A stretch of DNA of 64,000 bases from Escherichia coli (GCF_003334405.1 NZ_QOWM01000001.1), one strand, 5' to 3'. Shown: positions 10,777 through 23,230, counted from the stretch's first letter. Made by a program: numbers and translations. The notes: generated from the sequence alone by a model not told the origin.

Positions 10777-12477
10777 TTACATTAACTGACTTTCCTCACC
10801 CTCCGCAGAGCGAAAGCTAATACTCACTAACGTGCCGCCGCCGGAAGGTTGTGAAAAAGTCAGCGTCCCACCTAGCCGTTCCGCGCGTTCGCGCATGATA
10901 TTCAGACCATAATGACCTTCGGGTTCTTTCGGTTCACCGATACCAATCCCGTTATCACGGATATAAACCGTGTGATTGCCGTCCGGCGCGGTGACGCAAC
11001 TGACGGCGATTTCGCTGGCGTTGGCGTGCTTCATCGCATTCAGCACCGCTTCGCGAATAATTTGCAACAAATGCACCTGCATTTGCGCATCCAGTGCCAG
11101 GGTTGGCAGACGGCAGTCGAGGGTCAGTTTGGCGCTGGTTTGATTTTGTAACGTATCCAGCATTTCCCTCAATGCGGAGGGGAGATCCGCCTGCTGCAGC
11201 GTCAGGCGGAAAGTAGTCAACAGCTCGCGTAACTGCCGATAAGCATCATTCAACGCCTGGGAAAAATCGGCCATGATACTTTGTGCGGTGGCGTTATCTT
11301 CCGGTATCGAACGCTTCAGTAACGTCAACTGGATACGTAAGTAAGAAAGTACCTGAGCCAGCGAGTCGTGCAATTCGCGGGCGATGGTCGCACGTTCTTC
11401 CATCAACAATAATTGCTGAAAATGCTTCTGCGCCTGATTAAAGTACAAACCGCGTCCCAGCATCGACGAAACGCTGTTAAGCAGCGGTTCTGATGATGAA
11501 ACGTGACTATTTTGCCAGTGCAGTTCGCCGTAAACCGTCTCTTGCATTGTCACCGGTAAAATCTGCATCGGCAATTCCGGGTTTGGTTGCCCTTCGCTAA
11601 TCCGCCAGTTTTCACCGACATTTAACTCCAGATATTCAGCCGCTTCATTGTCGCGAACAATCTGCAAAATATGGCGGAAACAATGCACATCAATCTGGCT
11701 AGTGTTCAGCGCCTGCGAACACTGATACAACACCTCCAGACGACGCTTGGCCTCGTGGAGATCGCGGGTCTTTTCTTCTACTGACGCTTCCAGCGAACGG
11801 TACAATTTATGCAGCTCGCTCGACATCTGGTTAAAGGTTTTTGCAAGCAGACCAAGCTCATTCGGCAGGTTGGTATCCAGCGGCGGCGAGTCGAACTGCC
11901 CGTGTTCAATACGCTGACTGGCGGTAACCAGCTGATTCAGCGGGGCAACCACCTGATGGCGTATGCGGCGCAAAGTAAAAAAGACCAGCGTGAAAATACC
12001 GATGCCGCCAGCCAGGGAAATCGCCACCACCAGCAGCATTTTGCGTTCAGCGTAGTGCTGTAAAGCCAGTACGAACAGGTCTATCTGATTAACATAATTA
12101 TTAATATTGGCCTGATACCACGGCAAATCGCCCTTGCTGAGCCGATTATTCATCTCCAGCCAGTTGGCATTCAGATGCGCATAGCGAGTTTTTACTGCTT
12201 CTGGCACATACCAGACGTTGAGGTTGGTTAATACCGGTGAATGCAGTGCCTGCTGAAATAACTGGCGATGTGCATTGAGTTGTGGACTGCCACTTTGCAA
12301 GTCGTAGCCCAGGCGGTAACTCTGCATACGCAGCGATCCGGCAATATTGATAGCCTCAGCGTCGCGCAAACTGCTCGCCAGAGTTAGCAGAGCGATACCC
12401 GTGGAAAGAATCGACAGCAGCACAATGTAAAAAAAGGCCCGGGCCAGACTGGCCGAGACGGGTCGTTTAACAATCAC
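10777..12477 (-). CDS. narQ: Nitrate/nitrite sensor histidine kinase NarQ
   Basis: Two N-terminal TM segments, H-box (ELHDSLAQ) and ATPase motifs (DNGIGI); start set at the GTG giving MIVKRPVSA... Confidence 0.9.
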   Translation of the reverse strand: MIVKRPVSASLARAFFYIVLLSILSTGIALLTLASSLRDAEAINIAGSLRMQSYRLGYDLQSGSPQLNAHRQLFQQALHSPVLTNLNVWYVPEAVKTRYAHLNANWLEMNNRLSKGDLPWYQANINNYVNQIDLFVLALQHYAERKMLLVVAISLAGGIGIFTLVFFTLRRIRHQVVAPLNQLVTASQRIEHGQFDSPPLDTNLPNELGLLAKTFNQMSSELHKLYRSLEASVEEKTRDLHEAKRRLEVLYQCSQALNTSQIDVHCFRHILQIVRDNEAAEYLELNVGENWRISEGQPNPELPMQILPVTMQETVYGELHWQNSHVSSSEPLLNSVSSMLGRGLYFNQAQKHFQQLLLMEERATIARELHDSLAQVLSYLRIQLTLLKRSIPEDNATAQSIMADFSQALNDAYRQLRELLTTFRLTLQQADLPSALREMLDTLQNQTSAKLTLDCRLPTLALDAQMQVHLLQIIREAVLNAMKHANASEIAVSCVTAPDGNHTVYIRDNGIGIGEPKEPEGHYGLNIMRERAERLGGTLTFSQPSGGGTLVSISFRSAEGEESQLM

Positions 12478-12682
12478 ACGCGTCTTCTCCACAAAAAATC
12501 ATTAATGTTCCAGTTCGCTGAAACGCAATTTAGTCAGTGATGGGATTATTTGATCTGCCACAGTTTATAGCGAAATAGTTACTTATTCTGGGCACATGAA
12601 CATTGCCGATTCCCCTGTAAGTCGGGTAATAACAACACTCATATAAAGAATAAGGTTTTTACAACCAAAAAAGAAGGTCGTT

Positions 12683-14662
12683 ATGAATCGTTTTATTATG
12701 GCCAACAGTCAGCAATGTCTGGGTTGTCATGCTTGTGAAATCGCCTGTGTCATGGCTCACAATGATGAGCAACATGTCCTGAGCCAACACCATTTTCATC
12801 CCCGAATTACGGTTATCAAACATCAACAGCAACGTAGTGCAGTGACCTGTCACCATTGTGAAGATGCGCCCTGCGCCCGTAGCTGCCCTAATGGCGCAAT
12901 CAGCCACGTTGATGACAGCATTCAGGTCAATCAGCAAAAGTGTATTGGCTGTAAATCCTGCGTGGTGGCCTGTCCTTTTGGTACGATGCAAATCGTCCTG
13001 ACACCCGTCGCGGCAGGAAAAGTAAAAGCCACGGCGCATAAATGCGACCTTTGTGCGGGGCGCGAAAACGGTCCTGCCTGTGTTGAGAATTGCCCGGCGG
13101 ACGCGCTGCAACTGGTCACTGACGTCGCACTCTCCGGCATGGCGAAATCCCGCCGCTTGCGCACCGCGCGTCAGGAACATCAACCGTGGCATGCCAGTAC
13201 CGCGGCGCAAGAAATGCCGGTAATGAGTAAAGTCGAACAAATGCAGGCAACGCCCGCGCGTGGCGAGCCGGATAAACTGGCGATTGAAGCGCGCAAAACC
13301 GGTTTTGATGAAATTTATCTGCCATTTCGCGCCGACCAGGCACAACGGGAAGCCTCGCGCTGCCTTAAGTGCGGCGAGCACAGCGTTTGTGAATGGACCT
13401 GCCCGCTGCATAACCATATACCGCAGTGGATTGAACTGGTGAAAGCCGGAAACATCGACGCCGCCGTCGAGCTTTCTCACCAGACCAACACCCTGCCGGA
13501 AATTACCGGACGCGTTTGTCCGCAAGACCGTTTGTGTGAAGGTGCCTGTACTATTCGCGATGAGCACGGCGCGGTAACTATCGGCAACATTGAACGCTAC
13601 ATTTCAGATCAGGCGTTGGCGAAAGGTTGGCGTCCTGACTTAAGCCATGTCACCAAAGTGGACAAGCGGGTGGCGATTATCGGTGCAGGTCCGGCAGGGC
13701 TGGCCTGTGCGGATGTTCTGACCCGCAATGGCGTGGGGGTGACGGTGTACGATCGCCATCCAGAAATCGGTGGCTTGCTCACTTTCGGCATTCCTTCTTT
13801 CAAACTGGATAAATCCCTGCTGGCACGCCGTCGGGAAATCTTCAGCGCGATGGGGATTCACTTCGAACTCAATTGTGAAGTGGGTAAAGATGTCTCTTTG
13901 GATTCGCTTTTGGAACAATACGACGCGGTCTTCGTTGGCGTAGGCACTTACCGTTCCATGAAAGCGGGTTTACCCAATGAAGATGCGCCGGGCGTTTATG
14001 ACGCGCTGCCGTTCCTCATTGCCAACACTAAACAGGTGATGGGGCTCGAAGAGCTACCGGAAGAGCCGTTTATCAATACCGCCGGACTTAACGTCGTGGT
14101 ACTGGGCGGCGGCGACACCGCGATGGACTGTGTGCGTACCGCACTGCGCCACGGCGCGAGTAACGTCACCTGCGCTTATCGTCGTGATGAAGCTAACATG
14201 CCAGGCTCGAAGAAAGAAGTGAAGAACGCCCGCGAAGAGGGGGCCAACTTCGAATTTAACGTCCAGCCGGTGGCGCTTGAGCTGAATGAACAAGGTCACG
14301 TCTGCGGGATTCGTTTCCTGCGCACGCGTCTTGGAGAGCCGGATGCCCAGGGGCGTCGGCGTCCAGTGCCGGTGGAAGGCAGTGAATTTGTCATGCCAGC
14401 CGACGCGGTGATTATGGCGTTTGGCTTCAATCCGCACGGGATGCCGTGGCTGGAGTCGCACGGTGTAACGGTAGACAAATGGGGCCGCATCATCGCGGAT
14501 GTGGAAAGCCAGTACCGTTACCAGACCACCAATCCGAAAATCTTCGCTGGTGGTGACGCCGTGCGTGGTGCGGATCTGGTGGTTACCGCAATGGCAGAAG
14601 GACGTCATGCGGCACAGGGGATTATTGACTGGCTGGGGGTAAAATCAGTCAAATCTCACTGA
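12683..14662 (+). CDS. aegA: Putative Fe-S/flavin oxidoreductase AegA
   Basis: 659-aa ORF with multiple CxxCxxCxxxCP ferredoxin motifs at the N-terminus and a GAGPAG dinucleotide-binding motif. Confidence 0.9.
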   Translation: MNRFIMANSQQCLGCHACEIACVMAHNDEQHVLSQHHFHPRITVIKHQQQRSAVTCHHCEDAPCARSCPNGAISHVDDSIQVNQQKCIGCKSCVVACPFGTMQIVLTPVAAGKVKATAHKCDLCAGRENGPACVENCPADALQLVTDVALSGMAKSRRLRTARQEHQPWHASTAAQEMPVMSKVEQMQATPARGEPDKLAIEARKTGFDEIYLPFRADQAQREASRCLKCGEHSVCEWTCPLHNHIPQWIELVKAGNIDAAVELSHQTNTLPEITGRVCPQDRLCEGACTIRDEHGAVTIGNIERYISDQALAKGWRPDLSHVTKVDKRVAIIGAGPAGLACADVLTRNGVGVTVYDRHPEIGGLLTFGIPSFKLDKSLLARRREIFSAMGIHFELNCEVGKDVSLDSLLEQYDAVFVGVGTYRSMKAGLPNEDAPGVYDALPFLIANTKQVMGLEELPEEPFINTAGLNVVVLGGGDTAMDCVRTALRHGASNVTCAYRRDEANMPGSKKEVKNAREEGANFEFNVQPVALELNEQGHVCGIRFLRTRLGEPDAQGRRRPVPVEGSEFVMPADAVIMAFGFNPHGMPWLESHGVTVDKWGRIIADVESQYRYQTTNPKIFAGGDAVRGADLVVTAMAEGRHAAQGIIDWLGVKSVKSH

Positions 14663-14729
14663 TAGCCTGCGCAGACAAACCCGACTTCACAGCGTAAGAT
14701 AATTGTTCATTTCGCGCTGTGGAGTCGGT

Positions 14730-15305
14730 ATGACGCAACAAATCACCCTCATTAAAGACAAAATTCTCTCCGATAACTATTTCACCCTGCACAACATTAC
14801 TTACGATCTCACGCGCAAAGACGGCGAAGTTATCCGCCATAAACGTGAAGTGTACGATCGCGGCAATGGTGCGACGATCCTCCTGTACAACACGAAGAAA
14901 AAGACCGTGGTTCTGATTCGTCAGTTCCGTGTCGCTACCTGGGTTAATGGCAATGAAAGCGGGCAGCTGATTGAAAGCTGCGCCGGGCTGCTGGATAACG
15001 ACGAACCGGAAGTGTGTATTCGCAAAGAAGCGATTGAAGAGACGGGCTATGAAGTGGGTGAAGTGCGCAAATTATTTGAACTGTATATGTCGCCAGGCGG
15101 TGTGACTGAGCTAATCCACTTTTTTATCGCCGAATACAGTGACAATCAGCGCGCTAACGCCGGTGGCGGTGTCGAAGATGAAGATATTGAAGTGCTCGAG
15201 CTGCCGTTCAGCCAGGCGCTGGAGATGATCAAAACCGGCGAGATACGTGACGGTAAGACGGTGTTATTGCTTAACTATTTGCAAACGTCACATTTAATGG
15301 ACTGA
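14730..15305 (+). CDS. nudK: GDP-mannose pyrophosphatase NudK (Nudix hydrolase)
   Basis: Product [18 protein letters not shown]... with Nudix box ([22 protein letters not shown]); ATG at 14730. Confidence 0.85.
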   Translation: MTQQITLIKDKILSDNYFTLHNITYDLTRKDGEVIRHKREVYDRGNGATILLYNTKKKTVVLIRQFRVATWVNGNESGQLIESCAGLLDNDEPEVCIRKEAIEETGYEVGEVRKLFELYMSPGGVTELIHFFIAEYSDNQRANAGGGVEDEDIEVLELPFSQALEMIKTGEIRDGKTVLLLNYLQTSHLMD

Positions 15306-15430
15306 AAAATAACAATAATATTTCGTTGTTTATTATTGGCTCAATCCGACAAATCCGATTGAGCCGCGCTACCTGCGCAACGAAGATACGACTTGTGCTG
15401 TTTGTTTGAACTTCTGGGGTCGTACCGTCC

Positions 15431-16474
15431 ATGCGCTATCGCATTTTCCTTCTCTTTTTTTTCGCTTTGTTGCCGACGTCTTTGGTGTGGGCGGCACCAG
15501 CGCAACGGGCGTTTTCCGACTGGCAGGTCACCTGTAATAACCAAAATTTCTGCGTGGCGCGTAATACGGGCGATCATAATGGACTGGTGATGACCCTGAG
15601 CCGCAGCGCCGGGGCGCATACCGATGCCGTTTTACGTATTGAGCGCGGCGGATTGAAGTCGCCGGAGGCGTCAGAAGGGGAGATAGCGCCACGGCTGCTG
15701 TTAGATGGCGAGCCGTTGGCGTTAAGTGGTGACAAGTGGCGGATTTCACCATGGTTATTAGTAACCGATGATACGGCAACCATCACCGCGTTTTTGCAGA
15801 TGATTCAGGAAGGGAAGGCAATCACCTTACGCGATGGCGATCAGACCATTTCTCTGAGTGGCTTAAAAGCAGCGTTGTTGTTTATTGATGCTCAGCAAAA
15901 GCGCGTTGGCAGTGAAACCGCGTGGATCAAGAAAGGGGACGAACCGCCGCTCAGCGTACCGCCCGCGCCTGCGCTGAAAGAGGTCGCGGTGGTTAACCCA
16001 ACGCCGACGCCACTCTCACTCGAAGAACGCAACGATTTGCTGGATTATGGAAACTGGCGGATGAATGGTCTGCGCTGCTCGCTTGATCCATTGCGTCGTG
16101 AGGTGAATGTCACTGCGCTGACTGATGATAAAGCGCTGATGATGATTAGCTGTGAGGCAGGGGCCTATAACACCATTGATTTGGCATGGATTGTGTCGCG
16201 TAAAAAGCCACTAGCTTCGCGCCCGGTTCGGTTGCGTTTGCCGTTCAACAACGGTCAGGAGACGAATGAACTGGAACTGATGAACGCAACATTTGATGAG
16301 AAATCGCGTGAACTGGTGACCTTAGCGAAAGGGCGCGGATTAAGCGATTGTGGCATTCAGGCGCGCTGGCGCTTTGACGGTCAGCGTTTTCGCCTGGTGC
16401 GTTACGCCGCAGAACCCACCTGCGATAACTGGCATGGGCCAGACGCCTGGCCCACGTTGTGGATCACCCGTTAA
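15431..16474 (+). CDS. ypfG: DUF1176-family secreted protein YpfG
   Basis: 347-aa ORF with a clear N-terminal signal peptide (MRYRIFLLFFFALLPTSLVWA); function unknown. Confidence 0.8.
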   Translation: MRYRIFLLFFFALLPTSLVWAAPAQRAFSDWQVTCNNQNFCVARNTGDHNGLVMTLSRSAGAHTDAVLRIERGGLKSPEASEGEIAPRLLLDGEPLALSGDKWRISPWLLVTDDTATITAFLQMIQEGKAITLRDGDQTISLSGLKAALLFIDAQQKRVGSETAWIKKGDEPPLSVPPAPALKEVAVVNPTPTPLSLEERNDLLDYGNWRMNGLRCSLDPLRREVNVTALTDDKALMMISCEAGAYNTIDLAWIVSRKKPLASRPVRLRLPFNNGQETNELELMNATFDEKSRELVTLAKGRGLSDCGIQARWRFDGQRFRLVRYAAEPTCDNWHGPDAWPTLWITR

Positions 16475-16489
16475 ACAAAATGGCGGGAC

Positions 16490-16562
16490 ATGTAGGCCGG
16501 ATAAGACGCTGTAGGCCGGATAAGACGCGTCAGCGTCGCATCCGGCAATCAGCATCCGGCAA
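16490..16562. repeat. REP cluster with internal direct repeats
   Basis: gtaggccggataagacgc occurs twice in tandem (16492-16509, 16511-16528), followed by a duplicated gcatccggcaatca; between the convergent ypfG and tktB. Confidence 0.65.
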
Positions 16563-16568
16563 TCACCA

Positions 16569-18572
16569 TCAGGCACCTTTCACTCCCAGCACCTTATGCG
16601 CTTTTGCCACAATATTCTCGGCGGTAAAGCCAAAGAACGGGAACAGCTTATCCGCCGGAGCAGATTCCCCGTAACCCGTCATCCCGACAATTGCCCCTTT
16701 CAGACCAACATACTTGTACCAGTAATCGGCAATACCTGCTTCCACCGCCACGCGAGCCGCAACGTTAGAAGGCAACACCGACTCCCGATATTCCTCATCC
16801 TGGGCGTCGAAAATATCGGTCGAGGGCAGGGAAACTACGCGTACATTGCGACCTTCTCCTGCTAATTTCTCTGCCGCTTGCAGGGTAATTTCCATCTCTG
16901 AACCGGTGGCAATCAGAATAATATCTGGCTTACCGCCGCTGTCTTTCAGCACATAACCGCCACGAGCAATCTCTTTAACCTGATCCGGCGTACGTTCCAC
17001 CTGGGCCAGATTCTGCCTTGAGAGGATCAGTGCCGTCGGTCCGTTGTGGCGCTCAACCGCCAGCTTCCAGCCCACCGCCGCTTCCACCTGATCGCACGGT
17101 CGCCAGGTGCTGAAATTTGGCGTTAAGCGCAGGCTGGCCAGTTGCTCAACAGCCTGGTGCGTCGGACCATCTTCGCCCAGGCCAATTGAGTCGTGGGTAT
17201 AAACCATAATCTGCCGCGCTTTCATCAGTGCCGCCATCCGCGCGGCGTTACGGGCGTATTCAACAAACATCAGGAACGTCGCGGTATACGGCACAAAGCC
17301 GCCGTGGTGCGCGATGCCGTTGGCGATAGCGGTCATGCCAAATTCACGCACCCCGTAGTGAATGTAGTTGCCCGCTGGATCTTCCTTCAGCGAAACAGAA
17401 CCTTTCCAGATGGTCAGGTTGCTGGGAGCCAGATCCGCCGAACCGCCGAGCAACTCAGGCAGCATCGGCCCGTAAGCGTTAAGCGTATTTTGCGAAGCCT
17501 TACGGGTAGCGATTTTCGCCGGATTTGCCTGTAACTCATTGATATATTTCTGAGTCGTTTTCTCCCAGTCCTTCGGTAAACCACCGCTCATCCGTCGGGT
17601 AAACTCTTCTGCCAGTTGCGGATGAGCCTTTTTATAGGCGGCAAACTTCTCATTCCAGCTCTGCTGCGCTTTTTCGCCTTTTTCACGGGCATCCCAGGCG
17701 TGATAAATCTCTTTAGGGATCTCAAATGGCGGATGGTGCCAGCCCAGTTTTTGCCGTGCCAGCGCCACTTCTTCTTCCCCCAGTGGTGCGCCGTGCGCCT
17801 CTTCCTTACCTGCTTTATTCGGCGAACCAAAGCCAATCACCGTACGGCAGATAATCAGCGACGGCTTATCTTTCACGCTTTGCGCTTCAAGGATCGCTTC
17901 CTTCACCGCCTGCGGATCGTGACCGTCGATTTCATGGATCACATGCCAGTGATAGGCTTCAAAACGTTTTGCCGTATCGTCGGTAAACCAGCCTTCTGTT
18001 TCACCGTCGATGGAAATACCGTTGTGATCGTAAAAACCAATCAGCTTGCCCAGTCCCAGCGTGCCTGCCAGCGAACAGACTTCGTGGGAAATACCTTCCA
18101 TCAGGCAGCCGTCGCCCATAAACACATAGGTGAAGTGATCGACGATCTCATGGTCTGGCTGGTTAAACTGCGCCGCCAGTGTACGCTCTGCTATCGCCAG
18201 CCCGACGGCGTTCGCCAAACCTTGTCCAAGCGGGCCGGTGGTGGTTTCAACGCCTGGCGTATAGCCAATCTCCGGGTGGCCTGGGGTTTTCGAATGCAAC
18301 TGACGGAAGTTCTTCAGTTCTTCCAGCGGCAGGTCGTAACCGGTCAGATGTAGCAAACTGTAGAGCAGCATCGACGCGTGACCGTTGGAAAGAATAAAGC
18401 GGTCGCGATCATACCAGGTTGGGTCGGTAGGGTTATGTTTAAGAAAATCGTTCCACAGCACTTCGGCAATATCAGCCATGCCCATCGGCGCGCCGGGATG
18501 ACCAGAGTTGGCTTTTTGTACCGCATCCATACTGAGTGCGCGAATCGCATTGGCAAGGTCTTTTCGGGACAT
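16569..18572 (-). CDS. tktB: Transketolase 2
   Basis: 667-aa product [31 protein letters not shown]...; start set at the ATG matching the TktB N-terminus rather than the ORF-track start. Confidence 0.95.
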   Translation of the reverse strand: MSRKDLANAIRALSMDAVQKANSGHPGAPMGMADIAEVLWNDFLKHNPTDPTWYDRDRFILSNGHASMLLYSLLHLTGYDLPLEELKNFRQLHSKTPGHPEIGYTPGVETTTGPLGQGLANAVGLAIAERTLAAQFNQPDHEIVDHFTYVFMGDGCLMEGISHEVCSLAGTLGLGKLIGFYDHNGISIDGETEGWFTDDTAKRFEAYHWHVIHEIDGHDPQAVKEAILEAQSVKDKPSLIICRTVIGFGSPNKAGKEEAHGAPLGEEEVALARQKLGWHHPPFEIPKEIYHAWDAREKGEKAQQSWNEKFAAYKKAHPQLAEEFTRRMSGGLPKDWEKTTQKYINELQANPAKIATRKASQNTLNAYGPMLPELLGGSADLAPSNLTIWKGSVSLKEDPAGNYIHYGVREFGMTAIANGIAHHGGFVPYTATFLMFVEYARNAARMAALMKARQIMVYTHDSIGLGEDGPTHQAVEQLASLRLTPNFSTWRPCDQVEAAVGWKLAVERHNGPTALILSRQNLAQVERTPDQVKEIARGGYVLKDSGGKPDIILIATGSEMEITLQAAEKLAGEGRNVRVVSLPSTDIFDAQDEEYRESVLPSNVAARVAVEAGIADYWYKYVGLKGAIVGMTGYGESAPADKLFPFFGFTAENIVAKAHKVLGVKGA

Positions 18573-18591
18573 ATAACACTCCGTGGCTGGT

Positions 18592-19542
18592 TTATAGTTT
18601 GGCGGCAAGAAGATCTTCCAGTTTGCGTTGATCAACGGCGAACAGACGAATGCCTTCAGACAGTTTTTCTACCGCCATCGCATCCTGATTGTGCTCCCAA
18701 CGGAACTCCGCTTCGCTCATGGGAGCTGGGCGTGGGAACGTCTGAGAAGGTGGGATTAATTTACGTACCACTGGCGAAACTTTTTCCTGCAGCTCCTTCA
18801 GTAAATTCGGTGCGATAGTCAGTCGATCGCAGCCGGTTAAGGCGAGGATTTGTTCGGTGCGACGGAAGCTCGCGCCCATCACAATGGTTTCATAGTGGTG
18901 TTGCTTATAGTAGTCGTAGATATTGCGCACCGATTTAACGCCCGGATCTTCTTCCACCACATACGGGTCCATCGGCTTGCGTGCCTGATACCAGTCATAA
19001 ATACGCCCGACAAACGGCGAAATCAGAAAAACGCCTGCTTCCGCACAGGCCCGTGCCTGTGCAAAAGAAAACAGCAGCGTCAGGTTGCAGTTAATACCTT
19101 CTTTTTCCAGCTCTTCTGCCGCGCGAATTCCTTCCCAGGTCGAAGCCAGCTTGATCAGAATGCGTGATTTCTCAACGCCTTGTTGCTGATACAAGTCCAC
19201 CAGATGGCGCGCCTTCTCAATACTCTTTTCTTTATCAAAAGAGAGGCGTGCATCAACTTCTGTTGACACGCGACCGGGTACGATTTTGAGGATTTCAGCA
19301 CCGAAATTGACCGCCAGTTTGTCACACGCTGCGACCACCTGTTGTTCCTGGGTCTTGCCATTTTTTTTACCCCAGGCGATAGCATCGTCTATTAAATGCT
19401 CATATTGTGATAATCCGGCAGCTTTGAGTAACAGCGAAGGATTGGTGGTGGCATCCTGGGGATGATAATGGCGAATGGACTCAATATCGCCGCTGTCTGC
19501 CACGACAGTGGTGAACTGTTTGATGCCGTCTAACTCGTTCAT
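18592..19542 (-). CDS. talA: Transaldolase A
   Basis: 316-aa product [23 protein letters not shown]...; 19 bp upstream of tktB on the same strand (talA-tktB operon). Confidence 0.95.
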   Translation of the reverse strand: MNELDGIKQFTTVVADSGDIESIRHYHPQDATTNPSLLLKAAGLSQYEHLIDDAIAWGKKNGKTQEQQVVAACDKLAVNFGAEILKIVPGRVSTEVDARLSFDKEKSIEKARHLVDLYQQQGVEKSRILIKLASTWEGIRAAEELEKEGINCNLTLLFSFAQARACAEAGVFLISPFVGRIYDWYQARKPMDPYVVEEDPGVKSVRNIYDYYKQHHYETIVMGASFRRTEQILALTGCDRLTIAPNLLKELQEKVSPVVRKLIPPSQTFPRPAPMSEAEFRWEHNQDAMAVEKLSEGIRLFAVDQRKLEDLLAAKL

Positions 19543-19830
19543 AGGAAATACTCCTTGAAAAGTAAAGTGTTAGATGAGTGCGTTAATTCACACTTCTGAG
19601 AAATTTCGCTAAACGCATCAAAAAAGCATAGCAGACAGGCATGGTATTGCTGGATTAAGCAGGTAACATCAGTGTTATAGGATTATTACCAAAACATTAT
19701 ATTAATGGTGAGAGTTTGGACTTGCTCAAAGTCTGTAGACTCCGGCAGGGTAATAATGTGCGCCACGTTGTGGGCAGGGGCTGTTGCCCACACACTTTAT
19801 TTGTGAACGTTACGTGAAAGGAACAACCAA

Positions 19831-22110
19831 ATGGATGACCAGTTAAAACAAAGTGCACTTGATTTCCATGAATTTCCAGTTCCAGGGAAAATCCAGGTTT
19901 CTCCAACCAAGCCTCTGGCAACACAGCGCGATCTGGCGCTGGCCTACTCACCAGGCGTTGCCGCACCTTGTCTTGAAATCGAAAAAGACCCGTTAAAAGC
20001 CTACAAATATACCGCCCGCGGTAACCTGGTGGCGGTGATCTCTAACGGTACGGCGGTGCTGGGGTTAGGCAACATTGGCGCGCTGGCAGGCAAACCGGTG
20101 ATGGAAGGCAAGGGCGTTCTGTTTAAGAAATTCGCCGGGATTGATGTATTTGACATTGAAGTTGACGAACTCGACCCGGACAAATTTATTGAAGTTGTCG
20201 CCGCGCTCGAACCAACCTTCGGCGGCATCAACCTCGAAGACATTAAAGCGCCAGAATGTTTCTATATTGAACAGAAACTGCGCGAGCGGATGAATATTCC
20301 GGTATTCCACGACGATCAGCACGGCACGGCAATTATCAGCACTGCCGCCATCCTCAACGGCTTGCGCGTGGTGGAGAAAAACATCTCCGACGTGCGGATG
20401 GTGGTTTCCGGCGCGGGTGCCGCAGCAATCGCCTGTATGAACCTGCTGGTAGCGCTGGGTCTGCAAAAACATAACATCGTGGTTTGCGATTCAAAAGGCG
20501 TTATCTATCAGGGCCGTGAGCCAAACATGGCGGAAACCAAAGCCGCATATGCGGTGGTGGATGACGGCAAACGTACCCTCGATGATGTGATTGAAGGCGC
20601 GGATATTTTCCTGGGCTGTTCCGGCCCGAAAGTGCTGACCCAGGAAATGGTGAAGAAAATGGCTCGTGCGCCAATGATCCTGGCGCTGGCGAACCCGGAA
20701 CCGGAAATTCTGCCGCCGCTGGCGAAAGAAGTGCGTCCGGATGCCATCATTTGCACCGGTCGTTCTGACTATCCGAACCAGGTGAACAACGTCCTGTGCT
20801 TCCCGTTCATCTTCCGTGGCGCGCTGGACGTTGGCGCAACCGCCATCAACGAAGAGATGAAACTGGCGGCGGTACGTGCGATTGCAGAACTCGCCCATGC
20901 GGAACAGAGCGAAGTGGTGGCTTCAGCGTATGGCGATCAGGATCTGAGCTTTGGTCCGGAATACATCATTCCAAAACCGTTTGATCCGCGCTTGATCGTT
21001 AAGATCGCTCCTGCGGTCGCTAAAGCCGCGATGGAGTCGGGCGTGGCGACTCGTCCGATTGCTGATTTCGACGTCTACATCGACAAGCTGACTGAGTTCG
21101 TTTACAAAACCAACCTGTTTATGAAGCCGATTTTCTCCCAGGCTCGCAAAGCGCCGAAGCGCGTTGTTCTGCCGGAAGGGGAAGAGGCGCGCGTTCTGCA
21201 TGCCACTCAGGAACTGGTAACGCTGGGACTGGCGAAACCGATCCTTATCGGTCGTCCGAACGTGATCGAAATGCGCATTCAGAAACTGGGCTTGCAGATC
21301 AAAGCGGGCGTTGATTTTGAGATCGTCAATAACGAATCCGATCCGCGCTTTAAAGAGTACTGGACCGAATACTTCCAGATCATGAAGCGTCGCGGCGTCA
21401 CTCAGGAACAGGCGCAGCGGGCGCTGATCAGTAACCCGACAGTGATCGGCGCGATCATGGTTCAGCGTGGGGAAGCCGATGCAATGATTTGCGGTACGGT
21501 GGGTGATTATCATGAACATTTTAGCGTGGTGAAAAATGTCTTTGGTTATCGCGATGGCGTTCACACCGCAGGTGCCATGAACGCGCTGCTGCTGCCGAGT
21601 GGTAACACCTTTATTGCCGATACATATGTTAATGATGAACCGGATGCAGAAGAGCTGGCGGAGATCACCTTGATGGCGGCAGAAACTGTCCGTCGTTTTG
21701 GTATTGAGCCGCGCGTTGCTTTGTTGTCGCACTCCAACTTTGGTTCTTCTGACTGCCCGTCGTCGAGCAAAATGCGTCAGGCGCTGGAACTGGTCAGGGA
21801 ACGTGCACCAGAACTGATGATTGATGGTGAAATGCACGGCGATGCAGCGCTGGTGGAAGCGATTCGCAACGACCGTATGCCGGACAGCTCTTTGAAAGGT
21901 TCCGCCAATATTCTGGTGATGCCGAACATGGAAGCTGCCCGCATTAGTTACAACTTACTGCGTGTTTCCAGCTCGGAAGGTGTGACTGTCGGCCCGGTGC
22001 TGATGGGTGTGGCGAAACCGGTTCACGTGTTAACGCCGATCGCATCGGTGCGTCGTATCGTCAACATGGTGGCGCTGGCCGTGGTAGAAGCGCAAACCCA
22101 ACCGCTGTAA
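19831..22110 (+). CDS. maeB: NADP-dependent malic enzyme with C-terminal phosphotransacetylase-like domain
   Basis: 759-aa product [28 protein letters not shown]...; divergent from talA. Confidence 0.95.
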
Positions 22111-22126
22111 TTTTTTTTAACTCTCA

Positions 22127-22152
22127 CGCTTACCCTGAATATTCAGGGTAAG
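22127..22152 (+). terminator. Putative maeB terminator hairpin
   Basis: Perfect palindrome cttaccctgaatattcagggtaag 17 nt after the maeB stop; the downstream T-run is weak. Confidence 0.4.
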
Positions 22153-22402
22153 CAGTTTAGCTGCAATATATTAGTAAAGCTTATTACTGAGTTTGCGAAT
22201 AATAAAAAAAAGCAGTCTATATAATATCTCGATATTATTTTATTTATATTCATGCGTTGCATATGAAAGTTTATGCACCACAGCGAATATCTCTCCATTC
22301 TTAGTGATCTACCTCACCTTTTAAACGCGCTTGCCGAATTTTGTTATTTACTCTGACGAAAAATTGTCACGATACACGAAAGTTTTTCACAGGCGGCGAC
22401 TC

Positions 22403-22738
22403 ATGGATAAAGAACGCATCATTCAGGAATTTGTGCCCGGCAAACAGGTCACACTGGCGCATCTCATCGCGCATCCCGGTGAGGAACTGGCGAAGAAAAT
22501 CGGCGTTCCGGATGCGGGCGCAATTGGCATTATGACGCTAACTCCCGGCGAAACGGCGATGATCGCCGGTGATTTAGCGCTGAAAGCCGCTGATGTGCAT
22601 ATCGGTTTTCTCGACCGATTCAGCGGTGCATTGGTGATTTATGGCTCGGTGGGCGCAGTAGAAGAAGCGTTATCACAAACCGTCAGCGGTTTAGGTCGCT
22701 TATTAAATTATACGCTTTGTGAAATGACCAAAAGTTAA
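22403..22738 (+). CDS. eutS: Ethanolamine-utilisation microcompartment shell protein EutS
   Basis: 111-aa product [21 protein letters not shown]...; ATG at 22403, the ORF-track start being an upstream extension. Confidence 0.9.
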
Positions 22739-22750
22739 TACGAGGCATTC

Positions 22751-23230
22751 ATGAAACGAATTGCGTTTGTGGGTAGCGTCGGGGCAGGAAAAACAACGTT
22801 ATTTAATGCGTTGCAGGGGAATTATACCCTCGCCAGAAAAACACAGGCCGTGGAATTTAATGATAAGGGCGATATTGATACGCCGGGTGAATATTTTAAC
22901 CATCCCCGCTGGTATCACGCCTTAATTACCACGCTACAGGATGTAGACATGCTGATCTATGTCCATGGCGCAAATGACCCGGAAAGTCGGTTGCCTGCCG
23001 GGTTGCTGGATATTGGCGTCAGCAAACGGCAAATCGCCGTCATCAGTAAAACGGACATGCCAGATGCTGACGTCGCCGCAACGCGAAAGTTATTGCTTGA
23101 GACGGGCTTCGAAGAGCCGATTTTCGAGCTAAACAGCCACGACCCGCAAAGCGTGCAGCAACTGGTGGATTATCTGGCATCTCTCACCAAACAGGAGGAA
23201 GCAGGTGAAAAAACTCATCACAGCGAATGA
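22751..23230 (+). CDS. eutP: Eut GTPase/acetate-kinase-like protein EutP
   Basis: 159-aa ORF with a P-loop (GSVGAGKTT). Confidence 0.9.
   Translation: MKRIAFVGSVGAGKTTLFNALQGNYTLARKTQAVEFNDKGDIDTPGEYFNHPRWYHALITTLQDVDMLIYVHGANDPESRLPAGLLDIGVSKRQIAVISKTDMPDADVAATRKLLLETGFEEPIFELNSHDPQSVQQLVDYLASLTKQEEAGEKTHHSE

Noticed and set aside
20923-21837. Long minus-strand ORF (304 aa) inside maeB, and similar long antisense ORFs at 12659-13567 (in aegA), 40861-41787 (in yfeX), 2369-3148 (in tmcA), 17616-18353 (in tktB) and 23322-23897 (in eutQ/eutT)
   Set aside because: Each lies entirely within, and antisense to, a confidently identified gene; the predicted products are low-complexity and Arg/Ala/His-rich with no recognisable motifs or ribosome-binding site. 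They are typical shadow ORFs in the opposite frame of codon-biased genes.
22331-22402. Upstream extensions of eutS (ORF-track start 22331) and analogous extensions for ypfH, nudK, tktB, narQ, ypeA, yfeX, yfeW, murR, ucpA, cysM, zipA and eutK
   Set aside because: The ORF-track starts are simply the first in-frame start-like codon, often TTG or GTG; the internal starts chosen match the recognised protein N-termini and have better Shine-Dalgarno spacing.
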